DNA of 64,000 nt from Eledone cirrhosa (Eukaryota), in contig OZ024751.1 in NCBI GenBank assembly GCA_964016885.1, forward strand, positions 48,732,001-48,796,000, in the 5' to 3' direction. A model generated the notes under the pieces. That model was not told where the DNA came from. It worked only from the letters and a program-made list of their open reading frames with translations, and did no database searches. Position 1 is the first letter of the stretch; every line of letters begins with the position of its first letter. Positions 60,386 through 64,000 of the stretch are shown here, piece by piece. A program made the position numbers and the translations under genes.

Positions 60386-60993
60386 GGTGGCTGCCAACTC
60401 GTTTTCGAGTACGGCCACTACTTTATATCCATGTAGGAGAAACCCTACCGATGCGCTGAACGAGTGTGACTTTTTAGTCCACCCAGCGACTTGAAAACTC
60501 TGGTACAAACACTACACTTGTGACAATTATTGACATATAGTGCTGGGCCCATGGTACCATGTGACGACAAGTGCAGAGAGAACTCCAGATATAAAGCAAT
60601 GCTTGTGCCGTGAAGCTTTTATAGTGAGCAAAGGCACTGCACAAAGCCAGTCCCACTCTCTTAACCAAGATGATATTTACCAAAAAGAAGAACAAGTCAA
60701 CATCATTGGATACCATCAGGGTTGCAGGTGTTATATCAGAGTTTTCATTCTCCTAGAATTCTGCCTTGACAAAGGCTAAGGGGTCATCTCTCCCGGTGAT
60801 TTTGGATGGCCATTGACACTTAAGAGCTCTTTTGCCCTTTGACAGGTTTTGTTTTTAGTCCTGCAGGATGTCCAAAGTCACCCTCCTCACCAAGAAACCT
60901 TGGTGGGGTTGCCAATTTAGTCGCCAACGACCCGACCATGAGACAGGTAGTACTGGGATACATGTTACCAGTAGCACCAACTGGTGACCTGAC
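60386..60993 (-). mobile_element. Family R, full length
   Basis: Reverse complement of 5491-6097. Confidence 0.88.
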
Positions 60994-61056
60994 ATGCATA
61001 CATACAGACAGACATACAGACACATATACATACGTTATATACATACATGCATATAT

Positions 61057-61670
61057 AGTGACTGCCAACTCGTTTTCGAGTACGGCCACTACTTTATATC
61101 CATGTAGGAGAACCCCTATCGATGCGCTGAACAAGTGTGACTTTTTAGTCCAGCCAGTGACTTGACAAATCTGGTACAAACACTACACTTGTGACAATTA
61201 CTGACACAGTGCTGGGCCCACGGTACCATGTGATGACAAGTGCAGAGAGATCTCCAGATATAAAGCAATGCCTGTGCCGTGAAGCTTTTATAGTGAGGAA
61301 AGGCACTGCACAAAGCCAGTCCCACTCTCTTAACCAAGATGATATTTACCAAAAAGAAGAACAAGTCAACATCATTGGATACCATCAGGGTTGCAGGTGT
61401 TATATCAGAGTTTTCCTTCTCCTAGAATTCTGCCTTGACAAAGGCTAAGGGGTCATCTCTCCCGGTGATTTTGGATGGCCATTGACTCTTAAGAGCTCTT
61501 TTGCTCTTTGACAGGTTTTGTATGTCAGGTCACCAGTTGGTGCTACTGGTAACATGTATCCCAGTACAACCTGTCTCATGGTCGGGTCGTTGGCGACTAA
61601 ACTGTCAACCCCACCAAGGTTTCTTGGTGAGGAGGGTGACTTTGGACATCCTGCAGGACTAAAAACAAAA
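61057..61670 (-). mobile_element. Family R, full length with inverted 5' segment (61524-61670)
   Basis: 3' ~465 nt on the minus strand, first ~147 nt on the plus strand; ACATGCATATATA repeated at both flanks. Confidence 0.85.
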
Positions 61671-61830
61671 CATGCATATATACATACGTACATACCTACA
61701 CACACACATTCATACATACATACATATACATACATACGCACTGCTCATAGAAATTCTACTACCACTACTTCTATTACTACTACTACCACCACCACCCGCA
61801 CCAACACTGCCGCCCCCACCCCCACCACTC

Positions 61831-61897
<67 letters not shown>

Positions 61898-61922
61898 CGC
61901 TGCCGCCACCACCGCCACCCCG

Positions 61923-61997
<75 letters not shown>

Positions 61998-62087
61998 ATA
62001 ATAATAATAATAATAATAATACTACTACCACTAATACTATCACCACCACCACTACTACTACTAGTGCTACTACTACTACTACTACTA

Positions 62088-62166
62088 CTTACGGGGGTCG
62101 ATAAAATAAAGTACCAGTAATGCACTGGAGTAATTGCTGGCCTTGTTCCAAAAGTAGAAACAATTC
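62088..62166 (+). mobile_element. SINE family S, 3' fragment
   Basis: GGGGTCGATAAAATAAAGTACCAGTAATGCACTGG...AAGTAGAAACAATT. Confidence 0.85.
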
Positions 62167-62177
62167 TCATTATCCTT

Positions 62178-62630
62178 ATTATTAACGGGATTCTTGGGCC
62201 GACGGCTAAGCTTAGACCGTTTTACAGCAATTGAGAAAATCATCTGATTGATATAAAATGTTATGTAAGTCTATCTCTCGATGGCGTACCTCTGAGTCGA
62301 TTGGTGGAGACACGGGAATGTATTGTTGAAGTAGCGGGGGACATCTTGGATGAAGGTAAAGTAAGATGAAAGAAAAAAAGGAAAAAAGAAGGTAAAAGTT
62401 ATTAAGATAAACATGATAGAAACATCAAGACGTAAAAAGAACTAGAGCTATCAATTGGTCAGTAATGTTGTGATTTGACCAGCTCGATTCTTCTTATAGA
62501 TAAAAATCAATTTATTTCTTCGACCCGAAGATATAATCTTGAATGATTTTAAATCAAACAGATTAGAATCTCATTTGCTACCTAAACGGTCTTAGCTTAG
62601 CCGTCGGGCAAAGAATCCAAATAATAATAT
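62178..62630 (+). mobile_element. Older inverted-end element related to family B
   Basis: GGATTCTTGGGCCGACGGCTAAGCTTAGACCGTTT and AAACGGTCTTAGCTTAGCCGTCGGGCAAGAATCC as terminal arms. Confidence 0.55.
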
Positions 62631-62778
62631 AAACTACTAAATTGAACAATGGTCTTAGTGTTTTTAATTAGTAACGTTTAATCTTTTCCTCTCTGTTCCT
62701 CTCTCTTTCACTCTCACCCGCTCTCCCTATATATATATATGTATATAATTGTGTATATATATATATATATGTATATAT

Positions 62779-63360
62779 ATATTGTTATACTTTGGGAGGG
62801 TCATGTTGCCAATAAGAAACACACGCACCAGTTGCTTTCACTTCGATTTATTATAATAAATTTATAAATTTAGGAATTTATAAATTTATAAATTTCTGGT
62901 TGGTTGGTTGGTTCCACAACCAGCTAGTTGTTTATATATTGTCAAAGTTCTTTCGTCACACATTCTGTGACCTCATCAGTGACTGGGGATTCCTTTCTTT
63001 GTTTTTGTGCCTCTCCTTTGTTCTGTCCTAGACACACACAGAAACAAAATGGCGTAGGACAGAACAAAGGAGAGGCACAAAAACAAAGAAAAGAATCCCC
63101 AGTCACTGATGAGGTCACAGAATGTGTGACGAAAGAACTTTGACAATATATAAACAACTATCTGGTTGTGGAACCAACCAACCAACCAGAAATTTATAAA
63201 TTTATAAATTCCTAAATTTATAAATTTATTATAATAAATTGAAGTGAAAGCAACTGGTGCGTGTGTTTCTTATTGGCAACATGACCCTCCCAAAGTATAA
63301 CAATATCGGTTTCAACACACGATTTCAGATAAAGAATCATGCTAAACAAATTCAGAAACG

Positions 63361-63363
<3 letters not shown>
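62779..63363 (+). mobile_element. Family A PLE, pLTR-only fold-back insertion
   Basis: Near-perfect ~250-bp inverted arms homologous to 37460-37720; 57-nt tail 63307-63363; (TA)n flanks. Confidence 0.9.
63102..63144 (+). ncRNA. Minimal type I hammerhead ribozyme, family A (mirror copy 62941-62983 on minus strand)
   Basis: GTCA-CTGATGA-g-GTCACA-gaatg-TGTGAC-GAAA-G-aa-C-TT-TGAC. Confidence 0.78.
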
Positions 63364-63401
<38 letters not shown>

Positions 63402-63624
63402 GTAAAGGAGTCAGAACCCCCACGGCTGATCTCCGGCCGTTTCGACAGCTAGATCCGAAACTGAGAGAGCTCAGCAGTCGGGGTCCTGCTCTGCTACTCT
63501 AAGTATCGAGTACTCTGGCAAATGAGATTCTAATCTGTTTTATTTATATATATATATGATAAAGAAAGTGTGGTAAGGAACCAGTTGGACCGTACATATA
63601 TATATATATATGTATATGTATAGA

Positions 63625-63722
<98 letters not shown>

Positions 63723-64000
63723 TCTATACATATACATATATATATATATATGTACATACACACACAACCACACACACACTCACACACACACACACGCGCA
63801 CATATATATATATATATGGATATACTATTCACACTCACACACGATAGATATGTGTGTGCGAGTATTTATTTGTCTGTAAAGTCATAGATATTGATAGGAA
63901 ATTTTTAAAAAAATGTTTGACAAAATATATTCATATATGCGGCAATACTGCAATTTAATAATGTGTAGATCGATATGTAGTCTTATATTTATTCCTATGG

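Overview
AT-rich eukaryotic non-coding DNA with no supportable host exon. The density of (TA)n/(CA)n/(CATA)n tracts and the tRNA-derived SINE family suggest an octopod cephalopod; this is inference. Nearly all ORFs in the track are microsatellite translations. The one real protein fragment is a Penelope-like element (PLE) C-terminal GIY-YIG endonuclease (36744-37212). The main signal lies in the short islands between (TA)n tracts. Many carry type I hammerhead ribozyme (HHR) folds from about 8 unrelated sequence families, or form fold-back (inverted-arm) insertions with a one-sided 35-80 nt tail. The best example is a very young 466-bp tandem array (32533-34954) with one minimal HHR per unit, inverted in the middle and flanked by (TA)n. 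It looks like a retrozyme-type, potentially circRNA-producing element mobilised by PLE machinery. Also present are about 17 SINE copies or fragments, 7 copies of a ~607-bp RTE-like non-autonomous element (one with a twin-priming-type 5' inversion), a pogo/Tigger-like MITE, and 33-bp and 40-bp minisatellites. All folds and alignments were done by eye, and ribozyme activity is untested.
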